Shown here in pieces: positions 9,433 to 19,247 of a stretch of DNA of 64,000 nucleotides (position 1 is the stretch's first letter; every line of letters starts with the position of its first letter). The DNA comes from a bacterium (GTDB taxonomy: Bacteria; Actinomycetota; Acidimicrobiia; Spongiisociales; Spongiisociaceae). Where the stretch lies: positions 291 to 64,290 of the forward strand of contig JAPPGV010000161.1 of assembly GCA_028821235.1 (NCBI GenBank). The letters are read 5' to 3'. The translations under genes were made by a program, and so were the position numbers. A model generated the notes under the pieces. It was given only the letters and a program-made list of their open reading frames with translations. It searched no databases and had not been told where the DNA came from.

Positions 9433-9882
9433 ATGAAGGAACGACGCCAGGAGTTTCTAGGCGAGTTGTCGCGGAAGGTCGACGGCAAGGGTCGCGTGGT
9501 GCTCCCGGCCGAATACCGCGATTTGCTCGACGGCGACTTCTACGTGACCAGGGGTCGAGACCGCTGCCTGTACGTGTTTCCGTGGGAGGTGTGGCAGAAG
9601 AGAAAGAGAGCACTCGGGGAGCTCGACGAGGCCAGTGCCGCGGGTCGGGCAGAGGTCAGGGCCTTCTTCTCGGGCGCCACCCGGCCCGACCTGGATTCGG
9701 CCGGTCGGGTACAGCTCTCGATGCGGTTGCGCGAGTATGCCGGGCTCTCGCAGGATGTGATCTTCGTAGGCGCGGGCGAGTACGCCGAGATTTGGGCCGC
9801 GGAGGCGTGGGCCCGCTACCAGCCATCGGCCATGGCGGCCTATTCCGGAGGACAGGAGGAATCACCACAGATCGACGACTGA
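9433..9882 (+). CDS. mraZ: transcriptional regulator MraZ
   Basis: Two SpoVT/AbrB-like halves (KVDGKGRVVLPAEYR and LDSAGRVQLSMRLRE); first gene of the dcw cluster. Confidence 0.9.
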   Translation: MKERRQEFLGELSRKVDGKGRVVLPAEYRDLLDGDFYVTRGRDRCLYVFPWEVWQKRKRALGELDEASAAGRAEVRAFFSGATRPDLDSAGRVQLSMRLREYAGLSQDVIFVGAGEYAEIWAAEAWARYQPSAMAAYSGGQEESPQIDD

Positions 9883-9999
9883 CACGAGACAACCCCCACC
9901 GGCACGATGACCTGCTCATTGCCAGCCCTCCGGACACCCATTGGATTGTCCCTACTCCGCCCGCAGTCCCTTAGGTAAGAAAGCATCGGAGGGCTGGCA

Positions 10000-10935
10000 A
10001 TGGGTCAGGAACCAGGAAAGAAGCCGGTGAGCGGTAGGCCGTTCCATGTACCCGTGATGCTGGAGGAGGTTGTGAGCTTGTTCTCGCCCATAAAGGATGG
10101 GGTGATCGTCGATGCGACCCTCGGCGGAGGAGGTCACACGGCTGCTCTTCTCGCCAGGCTCGACGACTCGGTCAGCATTCTCGGCATCGATCGCGATCCT
10201 GCCGCCGTCGACCGCATGTTTGAGCACGGCCGGCTCAGGCTCGTAGTGGGCAACTTCGGACAACTGGACCGGATCCTGGCGAGCCAGGGTCTGGACGAGA
10301 TAGCCGGAGTCCTGCTCGATCTCGGTGTCTCGAGCCATCAACTCGACGAGGGCAGGCGTGGCTTCTCGTACCGCCATGAGGGTCCGCTCGACATGCGAAT
10401 GGGTCCGGATGCCGCTCGCACAGCCCATGAGATCGTCAACCAGGCCTCTCCGGCCGAGCTCGGGAGGATCATCCGCTCGCTGGGAGAGGAGCGTTTCGCC
10501 AGGCGTATCGCCGGAGCGATCGTCGCGCATCGGCCCATCGAGACGACCGCCCGGCTGGCGGAGGTGGTCCGGCGGGCCATCCCCGCGGCCACCCGGCGAT
10601 CGGGCGGGCATCCGGCGCGCCGGACCTTCCAGGCGGTGCGGATGGCCGTGAACGAGGAGTTGGGCGCACTGTCAGCAGGGCTGGACTCCGGTATCGAAGC
10701 ACTCCGCCCGGGGGGTAGATGCGTGGCGATTGCCTATCACTCGCTCGAGGATCGGATCGTCAAGCGCCGGTTCCGGCGGGGGGAGGGCCGGGAACCCGGC
10801 CCGGTGCTTCCTGTCGCCCCGCCGGTCGAGTTGACGGCTCTAGCGCGCCGAGCCGTCAAGCCCGGTGAGGCAGAGGTGCTCCGCAATCCGAGGGCCCGGA
10901 GCGCCCGTCTCCGCGCTGTGGAGAAGGTGGCGTGA
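10000..10935 (+). CDS. rsmH: 16S rRNA (cytosine1402-N4)-methyltransferase
   Basis: HVPVML, SAM motif DATLGGGGHT, AYHSLEDRIVK. Position after mraZ. Confidence 0.9.
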   Translation: MGQEPGKKPVSGRPFHVPVMLEEVVSLFSPIKDGVIVDATLGGGGHTAALLARLDDSVSILGIDRDPAAVDRMFEHGRLRLVVGNFGQLDRILASQGLDEIAGVLLDLGVSSHQLDEGRRGFSYRHEGPLDMRMGPDAARTAHEIVNQASPAELGRIIRSLGEERFARRIAGAIVAHRPIETTARLAEVVRRAIPAATRRSGGHPARRTFQAVRMAVNEELGALSAGLDSGIEALRPGGRCVAIAYHSLEDRIVKRRFRRGEGREPGPVLPVAPPVELTALARRAVKPGEAEVLRNPRARSARLRAVEKVA

Positions 10936-11321
10936 CCGCACGCCGGCATCCGGTCGCCGCACCCGCTCCGGCGGGTCTCCGGGTCCTGTCCGGGGGAGGA
11001 GCGACGTGGTGGCGCCCGCTCACCTGGGTGATCTACACGGTGGTGGCGGTGGCGGCGTTCCTGGCGTTCATCTTCCTGCGGACCGCGGTCGACGAGGTGA
11101 TGTACGACATCAGCAATACGCAGGCGCAGATACAGGTGGAGCTGGAACGTAAGGCGCACCTGGAGGAGGAGAAGAGAGCGCTCCAGTCTCCGTGGGAGAT
11201 CGTGCCGATCGCAGAGAGAATGCTCGGAATGGTGCTGCCCGAAGACGTGATCCCGGTGTCCGCGGCAGAGACTGCTCCGATCGAAGACAGCGGAGGCTCG
11301 ACCCGGATCGGCGAAGGCTGA
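10932..11321 (+). CDS. ftsL: FtsL-like cell division protein
   Basis: 129 aa with a single TM helix (WVIYTVVAVAAFLAFIFL) followed by a coiled-coil-like segment; lies between rsmH and ftsI. Confidence 0.6.
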   Translation: MTARRHPVAAPAPAGLRVLSGGGATWWRPLTWVIYTVVAVAAFLAFIFLRTAVDEVMYDISNTQAQIQVELERKAHLEEEKRALQSPWEIVPIAERMLGMVLPEDVIPVSAAETAPIEDSGGSTRIGEG

Positions 11322-11325
11322 GCCG

Positions 11326-13080
11326 ATGGCGACCAACAAGCCGCGGAGGCTCGTCAAGCAGTCGACCGACGTGCGCTTGTTGTCGATAGCTCTCATCTTC
11401 GTCGGTTGCTGGGTGTTCATCGGCTACCAGCTGTACCAGGTTCAAGTCGTGGACGCGGCCGTGTACCGGGAGGCTGCCGACCGGCAACTCATCCGGGTCG
11501 AGGAGACCGCGGCGGTACGGGGCACCATCTTCGACCGGCAGAATCGGGAGCTGGCCATCACTTCCCAGTCCCGCTCCATCTATGCGGACCCGCGCCAGAT
11601 CGACGACCCGGCGGGCACGGCCTCCGTATTGAGCAAGCTTCTCGACATCGACATCCACGCGCTCCGGGACAAGCTGTACTCGGACACCACCTTCCAGTTC
11701 CTCGCCCGCCAGGTCGATACCGACACCGCAGCCCAGGTGGAGGATCTCGAGCTCCCGGGGATCCACCTCCTGCCCGAGCCCAAGCGGGTATACCCCTACG
11801 GACCGCTCGCTGCCCATGTGGTGGGGTTCGTCAACATAGACTCGGAGGGCATCGAGGGTGTCGAAGCCGAGTACGACGACCTGCTGACGGGCATTCCCGG
11901 ACGGGTGCTCGCCGAACGGGCGGCGAGAGGGCAGCTGATCCCGCAGGGCCGTACCGAGATAGAGCCCGCCGTGGCGGGCGCCGACCTGGTTCTGGCGATC
12001 GACCGGGAGATCCAGTTCATGGCCTACCGGGAGTGCGTGGAGACGTTGGCGGTTGCCCAGGCCGAGCGGTGTATCGCAGTGGCCATGGACCCCGCCACCT
12101 TCGAGGTGCTGGCCATGGCGGTGGCGCCGGCGTTCGACCCCACCACCAGGACCCAGGACGATATCGAGTCGGGCCGGCTCGTCAACATGGCCATCCGTTC
12201 CGTCTACGAGCCCGGCTCCACCCAGAAGGCGGTGACGGTGGCGGCCGCCCTCAATGAGGGAGTGGTGGCCTGGGACACCCAGTACCTGGTGCAGGATGAG
12301 TTCGAGGTGGTCGAGGGCACCTGTGACGGCGATGGTGAGCAGGAGTTCGGCTGCTACCGGGATTTCAGCCCCCATGAACCGATGGTGATGACGGTCAGGG
12401 ACTGCGTCCGCCTGTCCTCGAACGTATGCATGGTGAAGATCGGCCGTGATCTCGGCGTGGACAACCTGCGGTCGTACCTGGAGGCGTTCGGGTACGGACA
12501 GGTCACAGGCATCGACTACCCGGGCGAAGCCGGTGGAGCCGTCAACCTCCCGCACGGCTGCCCGACCTGCCCGGCGTCCGCCTCCATCGGGTATTCGCTC
12601 TCGGTCACCGCCCTGCAGATGGCCTCGGTCTACAGCACCATCGCCAACGGGGGCGTACGCCTGGGACCCCGCCTGATGATCGGTTGGGCGGATGGAGACG
12701 GCCTGCAGGAGACCGAGCCGGCACCCGGGACCAGGGTGATAACGGAGGACACGGCCCGGACGGTGCGCCTCCTGCTCAAGTCCGTGGTGGACAGCGGCAC
12801 CGGTACCAATGCGGCCGTGCCCGGGTACACGGTGGCCGGGAAGACCGGTACCACGCGGAGGTTCGACTTCGACGTCGGGGCGTATACCGCCGACTACGTC
12901 TCCAGCTTCGTTGGGATGGCGCCGGTCGACGACCCGCGCCTGGTGATAGTGGTCGTGGTCGACTCGCCTCAAGTGGGTTCGACCGTTGCCGAACGGACCG
13001 GCGGCGCGGTGGCCGCTCCGGCCTTCTCCCGGATCATGGAGGCGTCTCTCCACCAGATGGGAGTGCGACCGGATGCCTGA
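11326..13080 (+). CDS. ftsI: penicillin-binding protein (class B transpeptidase, FtsI-like)
   Basis: N-terminal TM helix; transpeptidase motifs STQK, SSN, KTGT. Confidence 0.9.
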   Translation: MATNKPRRLVKQSTDVRLLSIALIFVGCWVFIGYQLYQVQVVDAAVYREAADRQLIRVEETAAVRGTIFDRQNRELAITSQSRSIYADPRQIDDPAGTASVLSKLLDIDIHALRDKLYSDTTFQFLARQVDTDTAAQVEDLELPGIHLLPEPKRVYPYGPLAAHVVGFVNIDSEGIEGVEAEYDDLLTGIPGRVLAERAARGQLIPQGRTEIEPAVAGADLVLAIDREIQFMAYRECVETLAVAQAERCIAVAMDPATFEVLAMAVAPAFDPTTRTQDDIESGRLVNMAIRSVYEPGSTQKAVTVAAALNEGVVAWDTQYLVQDEFEVVEGTCDGDGEQEFGCYRDFSPHEPMVMTVRDCVRLSSNVCMVKIGRDLGVDNLRSYLEAFGYGQVTGIDYPGEAGGAVNLPHGCPTCPASASIGYSLSVTALQMASVYSTIANGGVRLGPRLMIGWADGDGLQETEPAPGTRVITEDTARTVRLLLKSVVDSGTGTNAAVPGYTVAGKTGTTRRFDFDVGAYTADYVSSFVGMAPVDDPRLVIVVVVDSPQVGSTVAERTGGAVAAPAFSRIMEASLHQMGVRPDA

Positions 13081-14533
13081 TGACCGGCTCACGCTTGCCG
13101 ACCTGGCAGCCCGCATCGGCGGTGACCTGAGGGGCGACCGATCGATCCTGATCGATGACGTGACCCACGACAGCCGCAGGGCCGGCCCCGGGTTCCTGTT
13201 CGTGGCGGTCCCCGGCCGGGTCGTGGACGGGCACCGATTCGTGGAGGATGCAACCCGGCGGGGAGCGGCCGCCGCCCTGGTGCAGGATTGGATACCGCCG
13301 GTCGCGATTCCCCAGATCCGCGTCCCCGATACCCGCCGGGTGCTCGGCGTGGCCGCCTCCATGGTGCATGGTGAGCCCTCCCGCGGCTTGGAGATCATCG
13401 GCGTGACCGGCACCAACGGCAAGACCACGGTTACGGTGATGCTGGAGGCGATCGCCCGCGCCGCGGGTCGATCGTTCGGGAGGATAGGAACGCTGGGGGT
13501 TACGGTGGAGGGGGTCGACGAGGTCCTCTCGCACACGACACCGGAGGGCGCCGACTTGCAACGTCTCTTTCGAAGAATGGTGAACAGCGGGGTCTCCACG
13601 GTGGCGATGGAGGTGTCCTCGCATGCCCTGGCCCTCAGCCGGGTCGAGGGGACCATTTTCAGGGTTGCCGCGTTCACAAACCTGTCCCAGGACCATCTCG
13701 ACTTCCACGGAGACATGGAGGACTACTACCGGGCCAAAGCCCGCCTGTTCGACGGGCGCGCCGCGGTTCACGTCATCGATGTGACCACCGCCGCCGGGCA
13801 GCGTCTGGCCGGCTCGGCTACCCGGCCCGTGGTCACGGTCGGCCGCGGGCCCGGCCACGATGTGTCGATCAACTCTCCTGACCCGGACCTGTCCCGAGCC
13901 CGCTTCCGCTGCGGGATCGGAGGTCGGGAGGTGGCGCTGAAGGTGCGTCCCGGAGGTCTTCACAACATCCACAACGCGGCCCTGGCGGCGGCGTGCGCCC
14001 ACCAGGTGGGTATCGGCTTCGGCCCTATCAGAGCAGGTCTTGCCGCCATGGCCGGCGTCAGGGGCCGGCTCGATCCGGTGGACATGGGTCAGCCCTTCCA
14101 GGTGCTGGTCGACTATGCCCACAGCCCCGAGGCGGTCGAGTCCGTGGTACGAACCGCCCGCGCCCACAGCAGCGGTTCGGTGATCGTGGTGGTCGGGGGC
14201 GCCGGAGATCGGGACGCCACGAAGCGCCCCCTGCTGGGCGCGGCTGCGGCCCGGGCCGACCTGGCCGTGATCACCTCCGACAATCCTCGTAGCGAGGATC
14301 CTGCCTCGCTGGTCGAGCAGGTGGTGGCGGGAACCCGGGACGGTCGGGCCCGCGTGCTGGCGGAGGTGGACCGGCACGTGGCCATCCGGCTGGCGATCGA
14401 CCATGCCTCTCCCGGCGACGTGGTGCTGATCCTGGGTAAGGGCCACGAGACGTACCAGGACTTCGGTGCGCGGGTGGTTCCGTTCGATGACCGGGAAGTC
14501 GCTGCTTCCTGGCTAGCGGTCCGGTCGGGATAG
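13073..14533 (+). CDS. murE: UDP-N-acetylmuramoyl-L-alanyl-D-glutamate--2,6-diaminopimelate ligase
   Basis: Start placed at ATG 13073 (MPDDRLTLADL), overlapping the ftsI stop. P-loop GVTGTNGKTT. The DNPR motif in TSDNPRSEDP indicates the meso-DAP type. Confidence 0.9.
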   Translation: MPDDRLTLADLAARIGGDLRGDRSILIDDVTHDSRRAGPGFLFVAVPGRVVDGHRFVEDATRRGAAAALVQDWIPPVAIPQIRVPDTRRVLGVAASMVHGEPSRGLEIIGVTGTNGKTTVTVMLEAIARAAGRSFGRIGTLGVTVEGVDEVLSHTTPEGADLQRLFRRMVNSGVSTVAMEVSSHALALSRVEGTIFRVAAFTNLSQDHLDFHGDMEDYYRAKARLFDGRAAVHVIDVTTAAGQRLAGSATRPVVTVGRGPGHDVSINSPDPDLSRARFRCGIGGREVALKVRPGGLHNIHNAALAAACAHQVGIGFGPIRAGLAAMAGVRGRLDPVDMGQPFQVLVDYAHSPEAVESVVRTARAHSSGSVIVVVGGAGDRDATKRPLLGAAAARADLAVITSDNPRSEDPASLVEQVVAGTRDGRARVLAEVDRHVAIRLAIDHASPGDVVLILGKGHETYQDFGARVVPFDDREVAASWLAVRSG

Positions 14534-14570
14534 CGGTCATGCTTGCGGACGGTCTCACGGGCGGCTTCCG

Positions 14571-15632
14571 ATGATCGCCATGCTCACCGCCGGCACGGTG
14601 GCCTTCGGGGTGGCCATCTTCGGCACCGCCTACGCAATCCGCCTGTTCCGGGCGCTGAACATCGGCCAGTTCATCCAGCAGGAGCTGGAAGGCCACATGC
14701 ACAAGTCGGGCACGCCCACGATGGGCGGCATCGTCATCATCGCCGCCATCCTGTGCGGCTATGCGGTGTCGCAGTTCCGGGTCCGGTTCGACGACCGGGG
14801 AGTCGATTTGGTCAATACCGGCTTCGAAACCTCCGGACTGCTCGTGATCGGCGCCATCGTCGGCATGGGCGTGGTCGGCTTCATCGACGACTACCAGAAG
14901 CTCTCCAGGTTCCGCAACAAGGGTCTGGGCATCACGGCCAAGCTGATCGGGCAGCTGGCGGTGGCCGGGCTCTTCACGTGGGGTGCGGTGGCAAGCGGGG
15001 CCTCCACGGCCCTCGCCTTCACCCGGCCCACGGCCCTCGATCTGGGAGCGGCGGCGTTTGCCATCTGGGTTCTCCTGCTGCTCACCGGCTTCGCCAACGC
15101 GGTCAACTTCACCGACGGCCTGGACGGGCTGGCATCCGGATCGGTGGCGCTGGTAGCGGCTTCGTACATGATCATCGCCTTCTGGATATTCCGGCACCCC
15201 GAGATCTACAACGTGGAGGGGAGCCTGGGTCTGGCGACCGTGGCGTCCGCAATCATGGGCGCCTCCCTCGGATTTCTCTGGTGGAACGCCTGTCCCGCCC
15301 GGATAATCATGGGGGATGTCGGGTCCCAGGCCCTCGGGGGCGGGATCACGGCCATAGCGTTGCTGACGAATACCCACCTGCTCCTCGTGATCCTGGGCGG
15401 CCTGTTCGTGATCGAAGCCCTATCGGTGATCATCCAGGTGGCGGGGTTCCGGTGGTTCGGGGGACGGCGGGTGTTCCGGATGGCGCCCATCCACCATCAC
15501 TTCGAGATGAAGGACTGGCCGGAGACCACCATCATCACCCGATTCTGGATAGTCGCCGCCATCGGCGTGGCCCTCGGCCTGGGGATCTTCTACGGGGACT
15601 TCCTCGCCGTGGGACCGGTGGGAGGTTCCTGA
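14571..15632 (+). CDS. mraY: phospho-N-acetylmuramoyl-pentapeptide transferase
   Basis: Polytopic membrane protein with NAVNFTDGLDGLA and MGDVGSQALGG motifs. Confidence 0.9.
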   Translation: MIAMLTAGTVAFGVAIFGTAYAIRLFRALNIGQFIQQELEGHMHKSGTPTMGGIVIIAAILCGYAVSQFRVRFDDRGVDLVNTGFETSGLLVIGAIVGMGVVGFIDDYQKLSRFRNKGLGITAKLIGQLAVAGLFTWGAVASGASTALAFTRPTALDLGAAAFAIWVLLLLTGFANAVNFTDGLDGLASGSVALVAASYMIIAFWIFRHPEIYNVEGSLGLATVASAIMGASLGFLWWNACPARIIMGDVGSQALGGGITAIALLTNTHLLLVILGGLFVIEALSVIIQVAGFRWFGGRRVFRMAPIHHHFEMKDWPETTIITRFWIVAAIGVALGLGIFYGDFLAVGPVGGS

Positions 15633-16981
15633 TGCGCACGCTGGTGTTGGGTGCGGGCATCTCGGGGCAGGCCGCGTCGCGCCTGCTGACTCGGCTCGGG
15701 ATGGGGCACCGCGTCTACGACCGGCGCGCCGACGCTCTCGATGACGCTCCACCGGGCGTGGAGATTGCCACCGGGGAGTGGGACCCCTCCATGCTGGCGG
15801 GCGTCTCGCTGGTGGTGGCCAGCCCCGGGTTCATGCCTCATCTGGCGCCGCTGACGGATGTCCGCGCGGCGGGGATACCGATCTGGAGCGAGGTCGAGTT
15901 GGCCGTGCGGCATCTCGACTGTCCGGTGATCGCCATCACCGGCACCAACGGCAAGACGACCGTGTGCCGCCAGACCACCGAGATGCTGGCCGCGTCGGGC
16001 ATCCGGGCGGTGGCGGCCGGCAACATAGGAGTCCCGATCAGCGATGTCCTACCTGGAACCTGCGAGGTGGCGGTCCTCGAGATCTCCAGCTTCCAGCTCG
16101 AGTACACCTACTCCCTGGCGCCGCGGGTCTCGGTGTTCATGAACGTGGCGGACGACCATGTGGACTGGCACCGATCGCTGGTCGCGTACCGGCTGGCCAA
16201 GGGCCGCATCTCCCGCCATCTCACCGACGAGGACCTCCTGGTGTACGACATCGGGGATGCGGGCGCGGTCGCCCATGCGTTGGGGGCGCCCGGCCGCAAG
16301 GCGCCGGTGACCGGTGCGGAGCCCGGCCCGGGTCCCGAAGGGCCGTTCGGGTTCGCCGCCGGTGGCCTGATGCTTCCCGGCGGCCCGGCGCCGATCCGGG
16401 AGATTCCCGACCTCGACTACTCCTTCCGGGTGAACCTGGCAGCCTCGGCCGTGGCCGCCGTCGAACTGGGCGCCGACCCGGCGGCGGTGGCCAGGGTGGC
16501 GTCCCGCTTCCGCCACCGGCACCACCGGCGGACAGTGGTGGGCTCGCTCGGCGACGTGACATGGGTGGACGACTCCAAGGCCACCAACCCGCACGCGGCC
16601 ATGGCGGCCATCCGCTCCTATCCGTCGGTGGTGCTCATCGCAGGCGGAGTGCGGAAGGGCCTGGACCTCTCCCCGCTCGTCCGGGCGCCCAACGTCCGCT
16701 ACATGGTGGCGATCGGGGAGTGCGGTCCCGACCTGGTGGAGATGGCCGCGGATCTGCCCACCGCCCTGGCCGGATCCATGGAGGAGGCGGTCCGGATGGC
16801 CTCCGACCAGGCCCGGGCCGGGGATACCGTCCTGCTCTCGCCGGGCACCACCGGTTTCGACATGTTCACCTGCTACGAGCACCGGGGGAACGTCTTCATC
16901 CAGCACGTAGACGAGTACCTGGGTCGGGTCCGCGCCGGGCGGGACCGGCGGGCGCCGGCATCCGCGGGGGTGGCTGAATGA
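15632..16981 (+). CDS. murD: UDP-N-acetylmuramoylalanine--D-glutamate ligase
   Basis: Start at ATG 15632 (MRTLVLGAGISG), overlapping the mraY stop. P-loop ITGTNGKTT. The 812-aa track ORF upstream of this start is an out-of-frame read across mraY. Confidence 0.9.
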   Translation: MRTLVLGAGISGQAASRLLTRLGMGHRVYDRRADALDDAPPGVEIATGEWDPSMLAGVSLVVASPGFMPHLAPLTDVRAAGIPIWSEVELAVRHLDCPVIAITGTNGKTTVCRQTTEMLAASGIRAVAAGNIGVPISDVLPGTCEVAVLEISSFQLEYTYSLAPRVSVFMNVADDHVDWHRSLVAYRLAKGRISRHLTDEDLLVYDIGDAGAVAHALGAPGRKAPVTGAEPGPGPEGPFGFAAGGLMLPGGPAPIREIPDLDYSFRVNLAASAVAAVELGADPAAVARVASRFRHRHHRRTVVGSLGDVTWVDDSKATNPHAAMAAIRSYPSVVLIAGGVRKGLDLSPLVRAPNVRYMVAIGECGPDLVEMAADLPTALAGSMEEAVRMASDQARAGDTVLLSPGTTGFDMFTCYEHRGNVFIQHVDEYLGRVRAGRDRRAPASAGVAE

Positions 16982-18165
16982 GCAACCGGCTGTCGTCGAT
17001 CGCGGACCTCCGCGCCTGGGCGCGCCGCCGGGACGAGATCGCTCTGTCCCGAACCAGGGTGGTGGTGTTCGTCCTGGTACTGGCCGCCTGTTTGCTGGTG
17101 ATCGGGCTGGGAGCCACCCTGTCGGCCTCATCGGCGTCCGGGATCATCCAGGAGTCGGATCGCTTGGCGGTCTTCAGGCGGCAGGCGCAGTGGGTGGCCG
17201 TCGGGGTCTGCGCCATGGTGATCATGGCCATGGTCCCCTACAACTGGTACCGGCGGATCGCCCCGTATGCCCTGGGCCTCTCGTTCTCAGGCCTCGTGGT
17301 GACCCTGATGGTCGGCGTGAGGAGGGGAGGCGCCAACCGGTGGCTGGAGTTCGGCGACCTGACCGTCCAGGTCTCCGAGTTCTCCAAGCTGGCCGTGATC
17401 GTGTTCCTGGCCGCCGTTCTCGCCCGGCGAAGAGATCGCCTCGACGAGGCGAGCCAGTGGATGGGTCCGATGGTGTTCGCGGTGGGCGGTACCTGTGCCC
17501 TGATCGTCTGGCAGCCCGACCTGGGGACCGCCATCATCGTGGCGGGCGCGGCCGGGGTCATGATGATCGCGGCCGGGGTGCCGTTCCGGTACATCGCCGG
17601 CATCGGAGCCACGGGACTGGCGGTGATCGGGTACGCCACGTACTCGCTCCAATACCGCCGCCAGCGATTCCTGTGCTTCCTGGACCCGCTGTCCGACCCG
17701 AGCGACGCCTGTTTCCAGATGATCCAGAGCCTCATCGCCCTCGGAAGCGGCCACTGGCTGGGTGTCGGGTTGGGCGCCTCCCGGTCCCGCTGGTCATACC
17801 TGCCCAATCCCTACACCGACTTCATCTTCACCATCATCGGTGAGGAGACCGGTTTCATCGGGGCGACAGCCCTGCTGGTGGCCCTGGCCGGCCTGTCACT
17901 GGTCGGCGTCTGGGTGGCCTACCGGACCAGCGACATGTTCGCCCGACTCCTCGCCAGCGGCATCACCGCCTGGCTCGGGGTGCAGTCGCTGGTCAACGTG
18001 GGGGGTGCGGTGGGCGCCATTCCCGTCACCGGCCTGGCCCTGCCCCTGGTGTCGGTCGGCGGCAGCGCGATGCTGGTGGCCATGGCCGGGGTCGGGATCC
18101 TGGTGAACGTGGCGCGCAACGCCCCTCACGTACCCGATCCGGTGCAGGAACGGCGAAAACGGTGA
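16978..18165 (+). CDS. ftsW: SEDS-family peptidoglycan glycosyltransferase FtsW
   Basis: About 10 TM helices; DLGTAIIV, PYTDFIFTIIGEETGFIG motifs. dcw position. Confidence 0.85.
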   Translation: MSNRLSSIADLRAWARRRDEIALSRTRVVVFVLVLAACLLVIGLGATLSASSASGIIQESDRLAVFRRQAQWVAVGVCAMVIMAMVPYNWYRRIAPYALGLSFSGLVVTLMVGVRRGGANRWLEFGDLTVQVSEFSKLAVIVFLAAVLARRRDRLDEASQWMGPMVFAVGGTCALIVWQPDLGTAIIVAGAAGVMMIAAGVPFRYIAGIGATGLAVIGYATYSLQYRRQRFLCFLDPLSDPSDACFQMIQSLIALGSGHWLGVGLGASRSRWSYLPNPYTDFIFTIIGEETGFIGATALLVALAGLSLVGVWVAYRTSDMFARLLASGITAWLGVQSLVNVGGAVGAIPVTGLALPLVSVGGSAMLVAMAGVGILVNVARNAPHVPDPVQERRKR

Positions 18166-19247
18166 CGTTCGCCATCGCCGCGGCGGGCACCGGTGGGCAC
18201 ATCTTTCCGGGCCTGGCGGTGGCCGAGCAGCTGGTCGCCGCGGGAGTCGGCCGGGAGAACGTGCTGTTCATCGGAGGGGACCGGATGGAGGTGGACCTGG
18301 TCCCGAAGGCGGGTTACCCCCTGCTGCGGGTACGTATACACGGCCTGGAGCGGCGCATGTCGCTCCGCAACCTCCGCATCCCGCGGCTCGTGTGGGAGGC
18401 TGCCCGGACCGTGGCGAGGGAGCTCGGGGACCGCAAGGTGGGGGCCGTGCTGTGCATGGGAAGCTACGTCACGGTGCCGGTCGCCATTGCGGCCCGGCGA
18501 ACCGGTGTGCCGCTCTACGTCCACGAGCAGAACGCCGGGGCCGGGCTGGCGAATCGCCTCGCCGGCCGCTGGGCAGACCGATCCCTGGTCTCGTTTCCCG
18601 ACACGAGAGGATTGGCCGGGGAGGTGGTCGGATACCCGCTGAGGTCAGCGCTCACCACGCTCGACAAGGCTTCCGTCCGGGCCGAGGCGCTGGCGCGCTA
18701 CGGACTGGTTTCCGGCGTGGACACGGTCGGGGTGATGGGAGGGAGCCTCGGCGCCGGCTCCATCAACGAAGCGGTCACCGCCCTGTCCGCGAACTGGAAG
18801 GGGGAACCCATCCAGATCGTTCACCTCGCGGGCGCGCGGAACCAGGATCAGGTATCCACCGCCGGGGACTCGCCCTCGGTGACGAGGCGGGTGCTGGGCT
18901 TCGAGGACCGGATGGACCTCTTCTACGGCGTCTCGGACGTGGTGATCGCCCGGGCCGGGGGAGGCGTGATGGAGGCGGCCGTCACCGGCACCCCCAGCGT
19001 CCTCGTACCCGGTTCGTTCGCCGGTCGCCACCAGCTCGCCAACGCCCGATCCATGGTCGAAGCCGGCGCCGCGGTGCTGGTGGACGATGCCGAGTTGGGT
19101 TCGGTGGGCGGGATTCTGGAGGACTTGCTGGCCGACCCCGAGCGGCGTGACCGGATGCGCCGGGCCGCAATTGACGCAGCCAGGCCGGGTGCTGCTGCCA
19201 CCATTGCCACCATGATGATGGATGGCGCGGATGTCGCGGCTCGATGA
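18162..19247 (+). CDS. murG: UDP-N-acetylglucosamine--lipid I transferase
   Basis: GTGGHIFPGLAVAE N-terminal motif, GGSLGA, ARAGGGVMEA. Confidence 0.9.
   Translation: MTFAIAAAGTGGHIFPGLAVAEQLVAAGVGRENVLFIGGDRMEVDLVPKAGYPLLRVRIHGLERRMSLRNLRIPRLVWEAARTVARELGDRKVGAVLCMGSYVTVPVAIAARRTGVPLYVHEQNAGAGLANRLAGRWADRSLVSFPDTRGLAGEVVGYPLRSALTTLDKASVRAEALARYGLVSGVDTVGVMGGSLGAGSINEAVTALSANWKGEPIQIVHLAGARNQDQVSTAGDSPSVTRRVLGFEDRMDLFYGVSDVVIARAGGGVMEAAVTGTPSVLVPGSFAGRHQLANARSMVEAGAAVLVDDAELGSVGGILEDLLADPERRDRMRRAAIDAARPGAAATIATMMMDGADVAAR

Noticed and set aside
11110-13716. Very long antisense or alternative-frame ORFs. Examples are 868 aa at 11110-13716(-), 719 aa at 55499-57658(-), 581 aa at 25802-27547(-), 543 aa at 32704-34335(-), and many of 100-470 aa elsewhere.
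   Set aside because: They lie opposite or out of frame to genes with unmistakable conserved motifs (ftsI/murE, nuoEF, FAD oxidoreductase, dnaE). Their translations are Arg/Gly/Pro/His-rich low-complexity strings, which are typical of stop-codon-poor high-GC DNA. None showed a recognisable motif.
14543-16981. 812-aa ORF that could be read as a large fused protein spanning mraY and murD. The 1013-aa ORF at 57214-60255 spanning the nuoF end and nuoG is similar.
   Set aside because: The N-terminal portions are out-of-frame reads across mraY and nuoF respectively, and give low-complexity Arg/Gly/Pro sequence. Homology-like sequence begins at internal ATGs (15632 for murD, 57820 for nuoG) that overlap the upstream stop codons, as in typical coupled operons.
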